Of a stretch of 64,000 nt of DNA, positions 31,492-40,527 are shown one piece after another. The translations under genes and the position numbers were made by a program. The notes under the pieces were generated by a model that was not told where the DNA came from, ran no database searches, and saw only the letters and a program-made list of their open reading frames with translations. Every line of letters begins with the position of its first letter. The first letter of the stretch is position 1. The stretch is from a virus. Taxonomy: Duplodnaviria > Caudoviricetes. Location of the stretch: positions 32,001 through 96,000 of the IMG/VR virus record IMGVR_UViG_3300036770_003093; one strand, 5' to 3'.

Positions 31492-31993
31492 ATGCTAAGT
31501 TTTGGCCTCCGCGAACTGAGGATTGTTGTTCATCTTTAAGATCTCTGTATGCACCTTTAAAGCTTTCACGAATCTGTTGATACTTAGCTGCAGCATTAAC
31601 AAGAGAGTTGATATTACCATCTCTACCATGCTCAATTGGCGTATTTTCCATGTAATCTGCCAATCTATCAAGCATTGTTTTGATTCCCCTGTACGCGCGC
31701 GATGTTGGTGTTTCATACAGTTTCTTAACAACATCTAATGCATGCATGATATAAGCATCCTCTGTAGAAAAGTCAGCATCTATTTCTTGAAGAATAAGCT
31801 CTTCGCGATCAATATCTGGAACATCAAAAAAAGGATTTAGATCCGGGTTCATACAGGTCATGTAAAACACATACTGATAAATCTTAATATAGTTATCAGG
31901 ATATTCATCCATGATAGTCTTAAGACTTTTCATAGTGTAGCAGTGCTCAGTAGGCACCACAGCACCATTTTGAATATCAAATATTCTCACCAT
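31481..31993 (-). CDS. Conserved protein upstream of terminase (possible small terminase subunit)
   Basis: Helical, overlaps the terL start, C-terminal VRGG; function inferred from position only. Confidence 0.45.
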   Translation of the reverse strand: MVRIFDIQNGAVVPTEHCYTMKSLKTIMDEYPDNYIKIYQYVFYMTCMNPDLNPFFDVPDIDREELILQEIDADFSTEDAYIMHALDVVKKLYETPTSRAYRGIKTMLDRLADYMENTPIEHGRDGNINSLVNAAAKYQQIRESFKGAYRDLKDEQQSSVRGGQNLAYDQ

Positions 31994-32367
31994 TGTAATT
32001 GATCTTTATACAAATTAAAATCATCGTCAAACGTATCATATGAAACAGTTATCTCTTCATCAGGATAAATATCTCTAGAAGCAATCATTTTATCTTCTTC
32101 AAACACTACACAATTTGGATTAGATGTATGATTCTGAAAAACTGAATGATCACAAGATGAATAATAATAATCACCATCTCTCCAAAAATATTTATCTATA
32201 TGCTTTTGCTGAACGTGATTTAAAGTCTCATATATGTCTTTGTGAAACTTTATATCTAAACCTTCAATAAACTGCCATATAACAGTATTTTTTGGTATGA
32301 GCTCGTTAGCAAATAGACCAAAACCTTTTCCTGGTGATTCTGATATGTATGTTTCTACTAGTAACAT
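31987..32367 (-). CDS. SET-domain protein (lysine methyltransferase fold)
   Basis: GKGFGLFA...NHTSNPNC...IASRDIYPDEEITVSY matches SET motifs GxG, NHSxxPN and ELxxxY. Confidence 0.85.
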   Translation of the reverse strand: MLLVETYISESPGKGFGLFANELIPKNTVIWQFIEGLDIKFHKDIYETLNHVQQKHIDKYFWRDGDYYYSSCDHSVFQNHTSNPNCVVFEEDKMIASRDIYPDEEITVSYDTFDDDFNLYKDQLQW

Positions 32368-32990
32368 TAGTCCTTATTGTTAATATTATAATAGTAACAA
32401 TCAGTGTCTTCACTTACCCATTTATCAGAAACTGTTTCTACAGATGGTAGATCTTCATCAACTTTTATTCTTTTCAACTCAAAAGGAAAATCTTTTGTAA
32501 TCCAATTTGAATCTCTCCAAACTATTCTATTATTAGGTTGACATAGTAAATAACCGTCATCTGCAACTAGTATGTGTCCACATTTATAATCAGAAGGTTC
32601 ATCAGAATAAGAGTTGTTATACCAATCTACAGTCATTAAATAAGTAGCCCATACTTTAGAACCGTCTTTTAATATAACTTGACAACGCTTTTCATATAAA
32701 TAGTCATAAATGGTAACAGAAACGTTTTCACTAAAGCAGTCCCAAAGCTGTTTAAAATCATAAGGAATATCATTTGTAGGAATCTTTATAAATATCTCAG
32801 ACATAGGAACCCTTGATCTAAGCATACCATAATCTGTCATAACATGAAAGGTTAAAATCTTCATTGTTAATGACTGTATAGCAAAGGCATAACAGTTATG
32901 ATAAGTGTTTTTATCAGCAACATCTTTTGTAAAATGAGATGCTCTTACAAAGCACTTGAAACTCTTTATATTTTCGTTTAGAATAGCCAT
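32367..32990 (-). CDS. Conserved hypothetical phage protein
   Basis: QLWDCFS...YLMTVDW...QPNNRIVWRD motifs. Confidence 0.6.
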   Translation of the reverse strand: MAILNENIKSFKCFVRASHFTKDVADKNTYHNCYAFAIQSLTMKILTFHVMTDYGMLRSRVPMSEIFIKIPTNDIPYDFKQLWDCFSENVSVTIYDYLYEKRCQVILKDGSKVWATYLMTVDWYNNSYSDEPSDYKCGHILVADDGYLLCQPNNRIVWRDSNWITKDFPFELKRIKVDEDLPSVETVSDKWVSEDTDCYYYNINNKD

Positions 32991-33797
32991 TTATGATAGA
33001 TGTTTGATTATATCTACGACTTCTCTTTTCAAATAGGGTACATTTATTACGTTAACTCTTTTGACAATAAAGTCTCCGCGCTCATCTTGATGATAAATTG
33101 GGTTACCATACTTATCCTCAGCTTTCTGTTCAAACTCAATATGGTGAATCTGCATGTTACCTGGTTTATATCTTGGATTATGCTTCAAGATAATATACAT
33201 GTAAATACTGAGTTGTAATGCATAATGATTAAAGTTACAATCATCTAGATGACCCAAAGGTTTCTGCATCTTCTTGGTTACACCCTCCCAAGTTTTAAAA
33301 CCCTCGCGCTTAATCTCCTTGTTTGTCTTATAGTCAATGATGTTAACCTTTGAGTTAACCACCTCAATTCTATCAGCCTGGCCGCATATACCTGCTGATT
33401 TAAGATAAACAAAGTGCTCTGGGTAAATACCCTCAACAAGATTTTGATCGGGTGCATGCTTGATACCATCAAACTCAATAGGCTTGACAATCTGTAGTTG
33501 TCTACCCTCTAGTGTAATGTTATCACATGCGTATAGGTCATTCTCTCTTTGTTGGTGGTAGAAGGTGCCCATGGACATCGCGCGATCAGATTCATTTTTC
33601 CAAATCTGTTGAATCTCAGCTGGCGCCATACCATACCACTTAGACCTCTTGTTTTGAGAAGACTTCTTTGATTGAGCCACAGGATCAAATGGCTCTTTGA
33701 ACTTGCTAATAACTGATGTTACACTAGTCCACTGAATGTTTTCGTTTTCATTAGTCGAAAGGTAGGTGTGTGTCTCCGGGATAAATTTGACTGCCAT
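32991..33797 (-). CDS. PD-(D/E)XK exonuclease
   Basis: SVTSVI...GTFYH...E...GQADR...IIDYKTN...YALQLSIY; likely start MAVKF at 33797. Confidence 0.8.
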   Translation of the reverse strand: MAVKFIPETHTYLSTNENENIQWTSVTSVISKFKEPFDPVAQSKKSSQNKRSKWYGMAPAEIQQIWKNESDRAMSMGTFYHQQRENDLYACDNITLEGRQLQIVKPIEFDGIKHAPDQNLVEGIYPEHFVYLKSAGICGQADRIEVVNSKVNIIDYKTNKEIKREGFKTWEGVTKKMQKPLGHLDDCNFNHYALQLSIYMYIILKHNPRYKPGNMQIHHIEFEQKAEDKYGNPIYHQDERGDFIVKRVNVINVPYLKREVVDIIKHLS

Positions 33798-33972
33798 GAT
33801 TAAGATTAATTGAGTTGTCGTTTGAGTTGAAACATTCCACATATCTTGGTGGTAAACCATTTAACTCGCTGATTATGCGAGTGCCTTTGCATGTGGGGCA
33901 AATAGCATCTGATGAAACAGGGTTTGAAAATAAACCTGTACCATTACAAATAGGGCATTTTTGATAAGACAT
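33751..33972 (-). CDS. Small zinc-finger protein (CxxCxGxG repeats)
   Basis: CPICNGTG and CPTCKGT. Confidence 0.6.
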   Translation of the reverse strand: MSYQKCPICNGTGLFSNPVSSDAICPTCKGTRIISELNGLPPRYVECFNSNDNSINLNHGSQIYPGDTHLPFD

Positions 33973-34292
33973 TAGTATTCTAGATTAAGATCGTTTTTAA
34001 CTTGTTCTTCTGTTTCTTCATCTGTTAGTGCATCCCAGCGATTATCATCGCAGGCACTAGACAAAGAACGCGTTTTCCATTTAAGATTACAACCACATAG
34101 CCCACAACAAGGTTGCGTGCCGGGCATTAAACAAGATGCACCCTCTCTATCAATGTGGGGACACTTGTTACAAATAGCCATGCGTACATCAGCTACTTGC
34201 TCAATAGATTCTTTGGTAATAATAGAGTTCTTAATACCCTCAAGAATCTTTTTTTTGTTCTTCCAAATCTTTAATATATCTGTTTTTTTCAT
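33972..34292 (-). CDS. Cys-rich zinc-binding protein
   Basis: RMAICNKC...CCGLCGC...KTRSLSSAC...W. Confidence 0.65.
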   Translation of the reverse strand: MKKTDILKIWKNKKKILEGIKNSIITKESIEQVADVRMAICNKCPHIDREGASCLMPGTQPCCGLCGCNLKWKTRSLSSACDDNRWDALTDEETEEQVKNDLNLEY

Positions 34293-34638
34293 CGTAAAAA
34301 GATTTCATGCGTTGTTTATCTTCTATAACCTGCTGTAGAGCACGCTCAAGATCTACTAGTTCTTCTTCACAAATTTTTACAAGCTTGTAGTTTTGCATGG
34401 TATCACGCCGGGAATGCTCAATGATATTCTTATGAGTATCTATCTTCTTCCTTACAGCGTTTTCTTTTAAGTTAAACTTACCAAGACCTTCTACAATAAT
34501 TTGTTTGTACTTAAGACCAGTCAGAGCTTGACGTAACTCTTTATAGTAAAAGTCTACTATTCGTGTAAGATCTGCTTCAGATATACCCATATCATCAGCA
34601 ATCTCAGGAATAAATGACTTAAACTTATGAGGGGTCAT
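34240..34638 (-). CDS. HU/IHF-like DNA-binding protein
   Basis: IADDMGIS...IIVEGLGKF matches the HU helix and GFGxF turn. Confidence 0.6.
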   Translation of the reverse strand: MTPHKFKSFIPEIADDMGISEADLTRIVDFYYKELRQALTGLKYKQIIVEGLGKFNLKENAVRKKIDTHKNIIEHSRRDTMQNYKLVKICEEELVDLERALQQVIEDKQRMKSFYDEKNRYIKDLEEQKKDS

Positions 34639-34987
34639 GAGATAACATTTTGATGTCTAAAAACACAGGATGTTGTATAACAACCTTTATTTCAGGATTT
34701 ACGTAAATAGTCCTAGACTTCTTACGTTTAAGAACCAGATTCTTTGTCTGCAGTTTTACCACCAGGTTTCTTACAGATTGGGGGTTTGAGAGAATCTCGT
34801 GATTGACAATGTGGTCACAAAACGGGATCAACTCAAACTCCCCCAAAACTGCAAGATGTGATAAACATTCAATTTCAGTCTCAGTAATTTTTACACCATT
34901 AACTAAGCAATGATGCCAAAACTGATACTTAATGATATCAGCCAAATTTAATCTAGTTCTTTTTTGAACTTGATTAACTATAGCCAT
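34625..34987 (-). CDS. Putative winged-helix DNA-binding protein
   Basis: ITETEIECL...QSVRNLVVKLQTKNLV...IYVNP. Confidence 0.5.
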   Translation of the reverse strand: MAIVNQVQKRTRLNLADIIKYQFWHHCLVNGVKITETEIECLSHLAVLGEFELIPFCDHIVNHEILSNPQSVRNLVVKLQTKNLVLKRKKSRTIYVNPEIKVVIQHPVFLDIKMLSHDPS

Positions 34988-34988
34988 C

Positions 34989-35243
34989 TTAAGACTTTTT
35001 TAAATTACGAGACTTAGAACTAGGTTCTGGTGAAGGCTCTTCTTCAGGATCTGGCGCCATATATTGGGCTACCTTAACCTGAATCATAAACCGGTTAGCA
35101 CGAGCTTCCTCAATTTTTGTAAGCAGTTCTTCATACTCTAGCTGCCTCTTTAAAAAGGGAATGGTTTCTTTGTAATGAGCACTTAGCTCCTCACGCCGGC
35201 GAACTAGTTCTTCAGGACTGATGTTTTCTTGTTGGTTTTCCAT
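34989..35243 (-). CDS. Small coiled-coil protein
   Basis: Likely start MENQ at 35243, downstream of a TATATTTG host-type promoter element. Confidence 0.55.
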   Translation of the reverse strand: MENQQENISPEELVRRREELSAHYKETIPFLKRQLEYEELLTKIEEARANRFMIQVKVAQYMAPDPEEEPSPEPSSKSRNLKKS

Positions 35244-35288
35244 ATCATTAAAGTTTACACAAATATACAAAAAATGTTTAAAGTGTAC

Positions 35289-35320
35289 AAAAAGAAAACC
35301 CCGCAGTAAAAACTACGGGG
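35289..35320 (-). terminator. Intrinsic terminator
   Basis: CCCCG/CGGGG stem with TTTTCTTTTT tail on the minus strand. Confidence 0.6.
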
Positions 35321-35346
35321 CTCTGTAACCAATTAAACACCTCACT

Positions 35347-35766
35347 TTATGAGACACCAAATATAATAATTAAAACAACTAGTAAGCCACCTATTACGCT
35401 ACCAATAGCTGTTCTTTTTTTGATCTTTCTCTCTAGCTTAGTAATGTTTTCTTCTTTAGTGCTGATTATCTGTGTGTATACACTGTCTTTCTTGTTAATA
35501 AGAGAATCCTTGACCCCAAGTGTAGTTTGTAACTTTTTGTTAATCACGATCAAATCCTGGCAGTTTCCTGCTACCTTTTCAAGACTATCTACTTGTATCT
35601 GGGCATATTCATGCTTTAGATAAAGCACATTTAGGTTACGCTGTTGCTGCTTAGTTATAGCGATAACTGTATCACTTTCCAGCACTAAAATCCTGGGATA
35701 TCCAACCTGTGAAAAACACAAAGGAGGCAGAATCGCTAAGATTAGACACATAATGAATTTTTTCAT
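35347..35766 (-). CDS. Putative spanin-like membrane protein (signal peptide, coiled coil, C-terminal TM)
   Basis: MKKFIMCLILAILPPLCFSQ signal; C-terminal hydrophobic helix; overlaps the upstream TM/coiled-coil gene. Confidence 0.45.
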   Translation of the reverse strand: MKKFIMCLILAILPPLCFSQVGYPRILVLESDTVIAITKQQQRNLNVLYLKHEYAQIQVDSLEKVAGNCQDLIVINKKLQTTLGVKDSLINKKDSVYTQIISTKEENITKLERKIKKRTAIGSVIGGLLVVLIIIFGVS

Positions 35767-36031
35767 CACGCTGCTTTTTGATTTGTTTGACATTTGTAAG
35801 AGTTACATTTACCTGGTTTGAGATTTTATCAGCTTGCACATTTAAAGTTTTAATCTGATAATTTGTAGAATCAATCTTCTTACCAAGATTATAAACCTCC
35901 ATCTCTAATTTTGTTGTAGAGATTTGCTCTTCATCTTCAGTAAGGTACCGGTCAAACATAAAGAATATGAGCATACCTATGCCAGCTAGACTAGCATAGC
36001 GCACAATTCTATCAAACTGCTCCAGGCTCAT
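35672..36031 (-). CDS. Putative inner-membrane spanin-like protein
   Basis: N-terminal TM plus coiled coil, directly after the holin. Confidence 0.45.
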   Translation of the reverse strand: MSLEQFDRIVRYASLAGIGMLIFFMFDRYLTEDEEQISTTKLEMEVYNLGKKIDSTNYQIKTLNVQADKISNQVNVTLTNVKQIKKQRDEKIHYVSNLSDSASFVFFTGWISQDFSAGK

Positions 36032-36488
36032 TGTCTCTATGTTTTTTTAGGTTGATGATTACACCTATAGTTTTCTTAATGCTTCTAACAAACTCAAATA
36101 TTCTTTCAGTAATACCTTTTCCAGTTTGCCATCTTACTTTTTCATCAACAGAACTGTACTCTATCCAGATTATAAACAAAGCAGTGAATAGTGTAGATAG
36201 ATATTCTTTAGGAAAGTACATCATCACAAAATCATTAAGGACCCAGCTATCTAACATAAAGATAAACGTGAGTCCTCCGCCGTATGTAAACATCTTGTTT
36301 ACAAAACCTTTTCTTGTGATTTCACTAAGTACCTCTTTACCTTGTTTTTTCGCGTACCATCTTCCTGCAAAAGTATCTGCTACAACAGCAAAGAATACTA
36401 AAAGTAATAGTGGTACTAGTGGCATGAAGAATGTTATTACCACTGATATATATGAAAGTAGAGTTGCTTTAAGATTTAGCTTTTCCAT
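36012..36488 (-). CDS. Holin
   Basis: Several TM segments, DT.AG.W motif and IEYSSVDEK (ExxSIxEN-like). Confidence 0.7.
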   Translation of the reverse strand: MEKLNLKATLLSYISVVITFFMPLVPLLLLVFFAVVADTFAGRWYAKKQGKEVLSEITRKGFVNKMFTYGGGLTFIFMLDSWVLNDFVMMYFPKEYLSTLFTALFIIWIEYSSVDEKVRWQTGKGITERIFEFVRSIKKTIGVIINLKKHRDNEPGAV

Positions 36489-36530
36489 TTTGTTCTTGTT
36501 ATCTTATAATATACAAATTATTCTTGGGTA

Positions 36531-37712
36531 TTACAAGAATGCAGCTAGCTGGGCGCCGGTGCTTTGAACAGTAGATGCATCTTTTAGTCTCTCTCCAATA
36601 CTATTAGGTGTAGTAATACTTGCTAGTGGTACATTCCAGATGTCTGTAGGATTTAAATATGCTGTTCCTGTAGTATTATCAACAGGTACACCAAGGCTTA
36701 CCGTATTTGCAGGTGGCACAGCGCATGTACCTGTTAGGTTATTTGTAGGGCCGTAAACAATACCAGTTCTTACGTTGTTGGTTGCAGGATGCCCAGTTGC
36801 AACGCCGGGGGTGTATAGGGTGTTGGTAGTTAGGTTTGATTTTCTGAACTCCCAAGAATTTACATTTTCAATAAATACAAAGTTTATAACTGTTGCCATT
36901 AGGCCATTTGATGCATTAAAAATATCGCCATACATATAAAGTGTAAGACCGCCAGCAACGCCGTATGAATTTGTATTTGCAGATAGCGAACCAGTTATTG
37001 TAACATTTGCAGTCCCCGATGACCTTATTGCTGTGCATGGATTTCCCAAATTATTCGATATGCCAGCCGTTACGTTTCCAATTATATTAACTGTATGGCT
37101 ATTCCCTTGAAGCCCTATTCCAAAATTTGCGATGCCGCTGCCTCCAAAAACATTCCCAGCTATGTTGATAGTATTGCTATTTAAACCCTCAATACCATTT
37201 CCCAACCCAGCTGCACCTCCTGAACCAGCTTGCGTTCCACCATATACATCGCCAGTTAAATTTAAAGTTGCTGCGTTTGCAAGTTCTATACCCCTATAAG
37301 CTGTTGTTGTTACATTCCCAACAAAATTTAAAGTTGCACTTGATGTTAATCTAACTCCAGCATTGAAGAGACTTCCTGATGTTACAACCAAATTACCATT
37401 TATGTTTACAATGTTTGGGAAAGATGCAGTTACTGATATTAAATTATTGCCACTTGCATGAAACAAATCAGCATTTACCGTTCTTGATGTTGAAATAACA
37501 CCAGCACCCCCAGCCGTTACTCCTGTTGCGCTGTTGTTTCTAATCTGTAAAACCGTAACATCAACATCCATTTGCACGGTGAAATTGTTGAAATACACAA
37601 CATCACTCGCCCCCGGCAACACCGTAGATGCGACATAGCTACCAGTCGAATCGTCTTGCCAAGTAGCCAATGCCGACCAGTTGCCGTTGGCTACCGCTTT
37701 GTAATTAGCCAT
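36531..37712 (-). CDS. Tail fibre/spike-like beta-helix protein
   Basis: GNWSALATW...PGASDVV N-terminus; G/N/T-rich repeats. Confidence 0.6.
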   Translation of the reverse strand: MANYKAVANGNWSALATWQDDSTGSYVASTVLPGASDVVYFNNFTVQMDVDVTVLQIRNNSATGVTAGGAGVISTSRTVNADLFHASGNNLISVTASFPNIVNINGNLVVTSGSLFNAGVRLTSSATLNFVGNVTTTAYRGIELANAATLNLTGDVYGGTQAGSGGAAGLGNGIEGLNSNTINIAGNVFGGSGIANFGIGLQGNSHTVNIIGNVTAGISNNLGNPCTAIRSSGTANVTITGSLSANTNSYGVAGGLTLYMYGDIFNASNGLMATVINFVFIENVNSWEFRKSNLTTNTLYTPGVATGHPATNNVRTGIVYGPTNNLTGTCAVPPANTVSLGVPVDNTTGTAYLNPTDIWNVPLASITTPNSIGERLKDASTVQSTGAQLAAFL

Positions 37713-37714
37713 GA

Positions 37715-38008
37715 TTAAAGACCTTTTGCGTTAATATACTCTTGAACTGCCTCAGTAATCTTAGCAAATGCTTTTAATGCATCTGCATCACCTGAAGTAG
37801 TAACATCACCATATACAACAGGAACGTCATATTGTGATGGATCTTCAGGTCTAATTACATTTCCATTTTCATCATGGGTGTAATACTGCAATCTAATGGC
37901 TACAGTTTGCCCAATTTCAGCTTCTCTGAACAATGGCATTGATGAAAGAGATGCTGCTACCTTGTTGTAGGTAACATCATCTACTGTAATAGGTTTATTT
38001 GTGTTCAT
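37715..38008 (-). CDS. Hypothetical protein (possible fibre chaperone)
   Basis: 97 aa, between fibre-like genes. Confidence 0.5.
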   Translation of the reverse strand: MNTNKPITVDDVTYNKVAASLSSMPLFREAEIGQTVAIRLQYYTHDENGNVIRPEDPSQYDVPVVYGDVTTSGDADALKAFAKITEAVQEYINAKGL

Positions 38009-38013
38009 AGTTT

Positions 38014-38547
38014 TTAAGTATAAGGTACAATATATCTGTCATCCCAGGCAACATTGTTAGCATTCAACACAGTTGTTGAGCCATCATTGTTTACCTGTAT
38101 TCTTTTTATATCCCAATAGGGATCGCTTGTTGATACACCAATTGGTGCCACCCCGCAATAACTATAGGGACTTACCCAGTCACTTTCTGTTTGTAAGAGA
38201 AGCTGCCCCGGGGAATAAGTTGCCGTTAATCTATTCGTCCAAGCTACATTATAAGCTGACGAAAATATAACGTCTCCTGTATTTGTAATCTCTAGTCTAT
38301 CAATCTGCCATACAGGATCTGTTTCTTGTGCTCCCGTGGGCGCGGTGCCACAATATGAATATGGAGCAACCCAATCATGGCGATATTCACCAACTACAGG
38401 AATGCCTCCACCACCACCAGATACAGGTTTGTAAGTACCATCATCGGCCAAATACATGTTTCCACCACCACCTTTTGTGATGATTTCTAACACATCCCAG
38501 TTAAAATGAACGTGCTCTTTTACTCTATTGGCCCAGGTTTGTTTCAC
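38014..38547 (-). CDS. Protein with two tandem ~56 aa repeats
   Basis: DWV.PYSYCG.AP.G....DP.W.I.R...NVAW..R occurs twice. Confidence 0.65.
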   Translation of the reverse strand: MKQTWANRVKEHVHFNWDVLEIITKGGGGNMYLADDGTYKPVSGGGGGIPVVGEYRHDWVAPYSYCGTAPTGAQETDPVWQIDRLEITNTGDVIFSSAYNVAWTNRLTATYSPGQLLLQTESDWVSPYSYCGVAPIGVSTSDPYWDIKRIQVNNDGSTTVLNANNVAWDDRYIVPYT

Positions 38548-39056
38548 AATCTTACGTACTCTGTACCGGGGATAAAATCTTTAGCATTATAACGACGAAG
38601 TAACTCTTTGTTAGATAAGCCAAAGGTTTTTTCAAAGTGAGGTCTATCTATAAATTTCCAATCACCACCCCATGCCCAACCATGAGCTTTGAAGATCTTT
38701 ACTACCTCCATCCAGTCACTTACTTTATCGCCATCAAAGTCTTTCTTATAGTCCCATGATGCGTGTCTCTTATCAACAATAAGGCATATATCTAAAGCTA
38801 GACCATAGTTATGATAAGATTGGCCACCTTTAGCATTGGTTACCTTACCAATGCGATTACCAAAACTATCAAACAAAACAGTTCTACCTTTAGCATAGAG
38901 CTCATCTTGCTCCTTGAAAGTGCGTAGAGTATAAGCAAAGCGACATGTAGCGCGGCCAGATAACGCCGGTACTATCTCTTCAATGTATATTGCGCGTACC
39001 TCATCTCTAAGTTGAGGATGTAAATGCTCAATTCTTCCTAGTGTTACTGCATCCAT
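38544..39056 (-). CDS. Endolysin, M15-family (L-Ala-D-Glu) peptidase
   Basis: LRTFKEQDELYAKGRT...GQSYHNYGLALD...WGGDW...DRPHFE. Confidence 0.9.
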   Translation of the reverse strand: MDAVTLGRIEHLHPQLRDEVRAIYIEEIVPALSGRATCRFAYTLRTFKEQDELYAKGRTVLFDSFGNRIGKVTNAKGGQSYHNYGLALDICLIVDKRHASWDYKKDFDGDKVSDWMEVVKIFKAHGWAWGGDWKFIDRPHFEKTFGLSNKELLRRYNAKDFIPGTEYVRL

Positions 39057-39066
39057 TTTTTTGGTT

Positions 39067-39333
39067 TTAAGGATTGTTTTCTTCTATTGGTGAAACTGGT
39101 GGTACCCAAGGTATCATGGGCAAATCCTTCACCCACAAAAAATCTTCGTTCACAGTCTGATCTACTTCCTCAACTGAGATAACCCAATTGCTCGGATCAT
39201 TGCCATCTTCAACAGGATTAAAATAGCTGTCAGGGGCATACATCTTCCCTGAAATCTCATCTTTCTGCTGAGTCGTAATTAAAGCTACAAACTGAGACTC
39301 CTGCCCAAGCGGTATTTCATTTCTTGCTATCAT
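39067..39333 (-). CDS. Hypothetical protein
   Basis: YFNPVED...WVISVEE; coupled to the upstream gene. Confidence 0.55.
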   Translation of the reverse strand: MIARNEIPLGQESQFVALITTQQKDEISGKMYAPDSYFNPVEDGNDPSNWVISVEEVDQTVNEDFLWVKDLPMIPWVPPVSPIEENNP

Positions 39334-40160
39334 ACTTGGCGGCCTAAAGTTGTTTGGAATGTTTGAACAATGTTGTATAAATTAAAGTTGTCAGCATCTG
39401 AAAGTCCTTGATTTTCAATGTATGCAAAAGCACACTGCTTTCCACTATACTGTGCAAATCCATTTGCCACTAATATGTAAGCATTTGCAGAATCAAAAGA
39501 TAAGAAAGAAAAAGAACTTGTTTGAACCCTAACTCCATTTTTGTAAGAAGCACCATTAGATGCTCCGAGCCCTGTCCTCGTAACAGTATAAAACCCTCTC
39601 CCATCAAGATTTGGACTTGTAAGCCAAGACGCCGAGCCTTCGTTTGCATAAAAGACATCATCTATATACCTCGGTATCACAATCAAACTTCTTGATCCAT
39701 TCGTTACATTAATGCCCATCTCTCTACCACCCTGAATATTTGTTCTTGAGTAAAATCCCAATCCTCCTACCCCGGAAGAAAGCTCAGTACCAACATTAAA
39801 CCAAGTGTTCGCATATCCGTTAATTGCATTCCCTTGAATCCCAAAAGCACTGTGGGTAACGCCTCCTAAAAATACAAGCCTGTATGCTGCGTTTGTGTCC
39901 GCAGGGTTTATAAGGTTAAACTTATGCGTAGTGGCTGTCCCCCCAACAAAAGGGTACATTGCTTTCATTTTAGTCCAAATACCGTAACTTTTCAGGTCTA
40001 AAACCAATGTGTCAATGGCTGCCGTTATAGTTGCATCAGTTATGCCAGCCGCAGTTAAAAAAGCCTGAGCATCAGGATCTATTGATCCACCAGATACTGG
40101 CGGCTCAATACCCCTTACCTTGGAGCCAAGATACTTGCTTATGTTAATGCTATTGCCCAT
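39330..40160 (-). CDS. Virion fibre-associated protein
   Basis: DPDAQAFLTAAGIT...DLKSYGIWTKMKAMYPFVGG...FQTTLGRQV; beta-rich. Confidence 0.55.
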   Translation of the reverse strand: MGNSINISKYLGSKVRGIEPPVSGGSIDPDAQAFLTAAGITDATITAAIDTLVLDLKSYGIWTKMKAMYPFVGGTATTHKFNLINPADTNAAYRLVFLGGVTHSAFGIQGNAINGYANTWFNVGTELSSGVGGLGFYSRTNIQGGREMGINVTNGSRSLIVIPRYIDDVFYANEGSASWLTSPNLDGRGFYTVTRTGLGASNGASYKNGVRVQTSSFSFLSFDSANAYILVANGFAQYSGKQCAFAYIENQGLSDADNFNLYNIVQTFQTTLGRQV

Positions 40161-40525
40161 TAGTAGGTATAGGTAATAATAAAGGTTGTACCGGTTGCGT
40201 TGTATGCAAAATGACTAGCTGGATATTTAGAGGCAGTTCCCGCATCAAAGTTCAAAGTTACACCCGCAGGGAGACTAACATTACCACCACCATTTACATT
40301 CACAGTGCCCGGCGCGGCACCAGCATTATAAATAGATACAGACTTAGTAGCTACAGTAATAGTACCAGAACCTGTTGATGACAACAAAGCACCAGTAGAA
40401 CTACCTGTATTACTAACAAGTGTAGATAGTGAAGTAAATAAAGCTTGCAACCCCTCAAGTACCTTGAGCTGGTAGGGCATATTACTACCCTTTTGACCAT
40501 ATGTTTTTATATTACCTACAGACAT
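40160..40525 (-). CDS. Putative structural protein
   Basis: 121 aa, S/T/G-rich beta-type sequence. Confidence 0.5.
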   Translation of the reverse strand: MSVGNIKTYGQKGSNMPYQLKVLEGLQALFTSLSTLVSNTGSSTGALLSSTGSGTITVATKSVSIYNAGAAPGTVNVNGGGNVSLPAGVTLNFDAGTASKYPASHFAYNATGTTFIITYTY

Positions 40526-40527
40526 GG

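Noticed and set aside
32991-33797. Cas4 / CRISPR adaptation gene
   Set aside because: Lacks the four-Cys Fe-S pattern and any CRISPR context; a generic phage PD-(D/E)XK exonuclease is more likely
36531-40160. Diversity-generating retroelement or invertible fibre locus
   Set aside because: No reverse transcriptase or invertase, and no template/variable repeat pair was seen in the window
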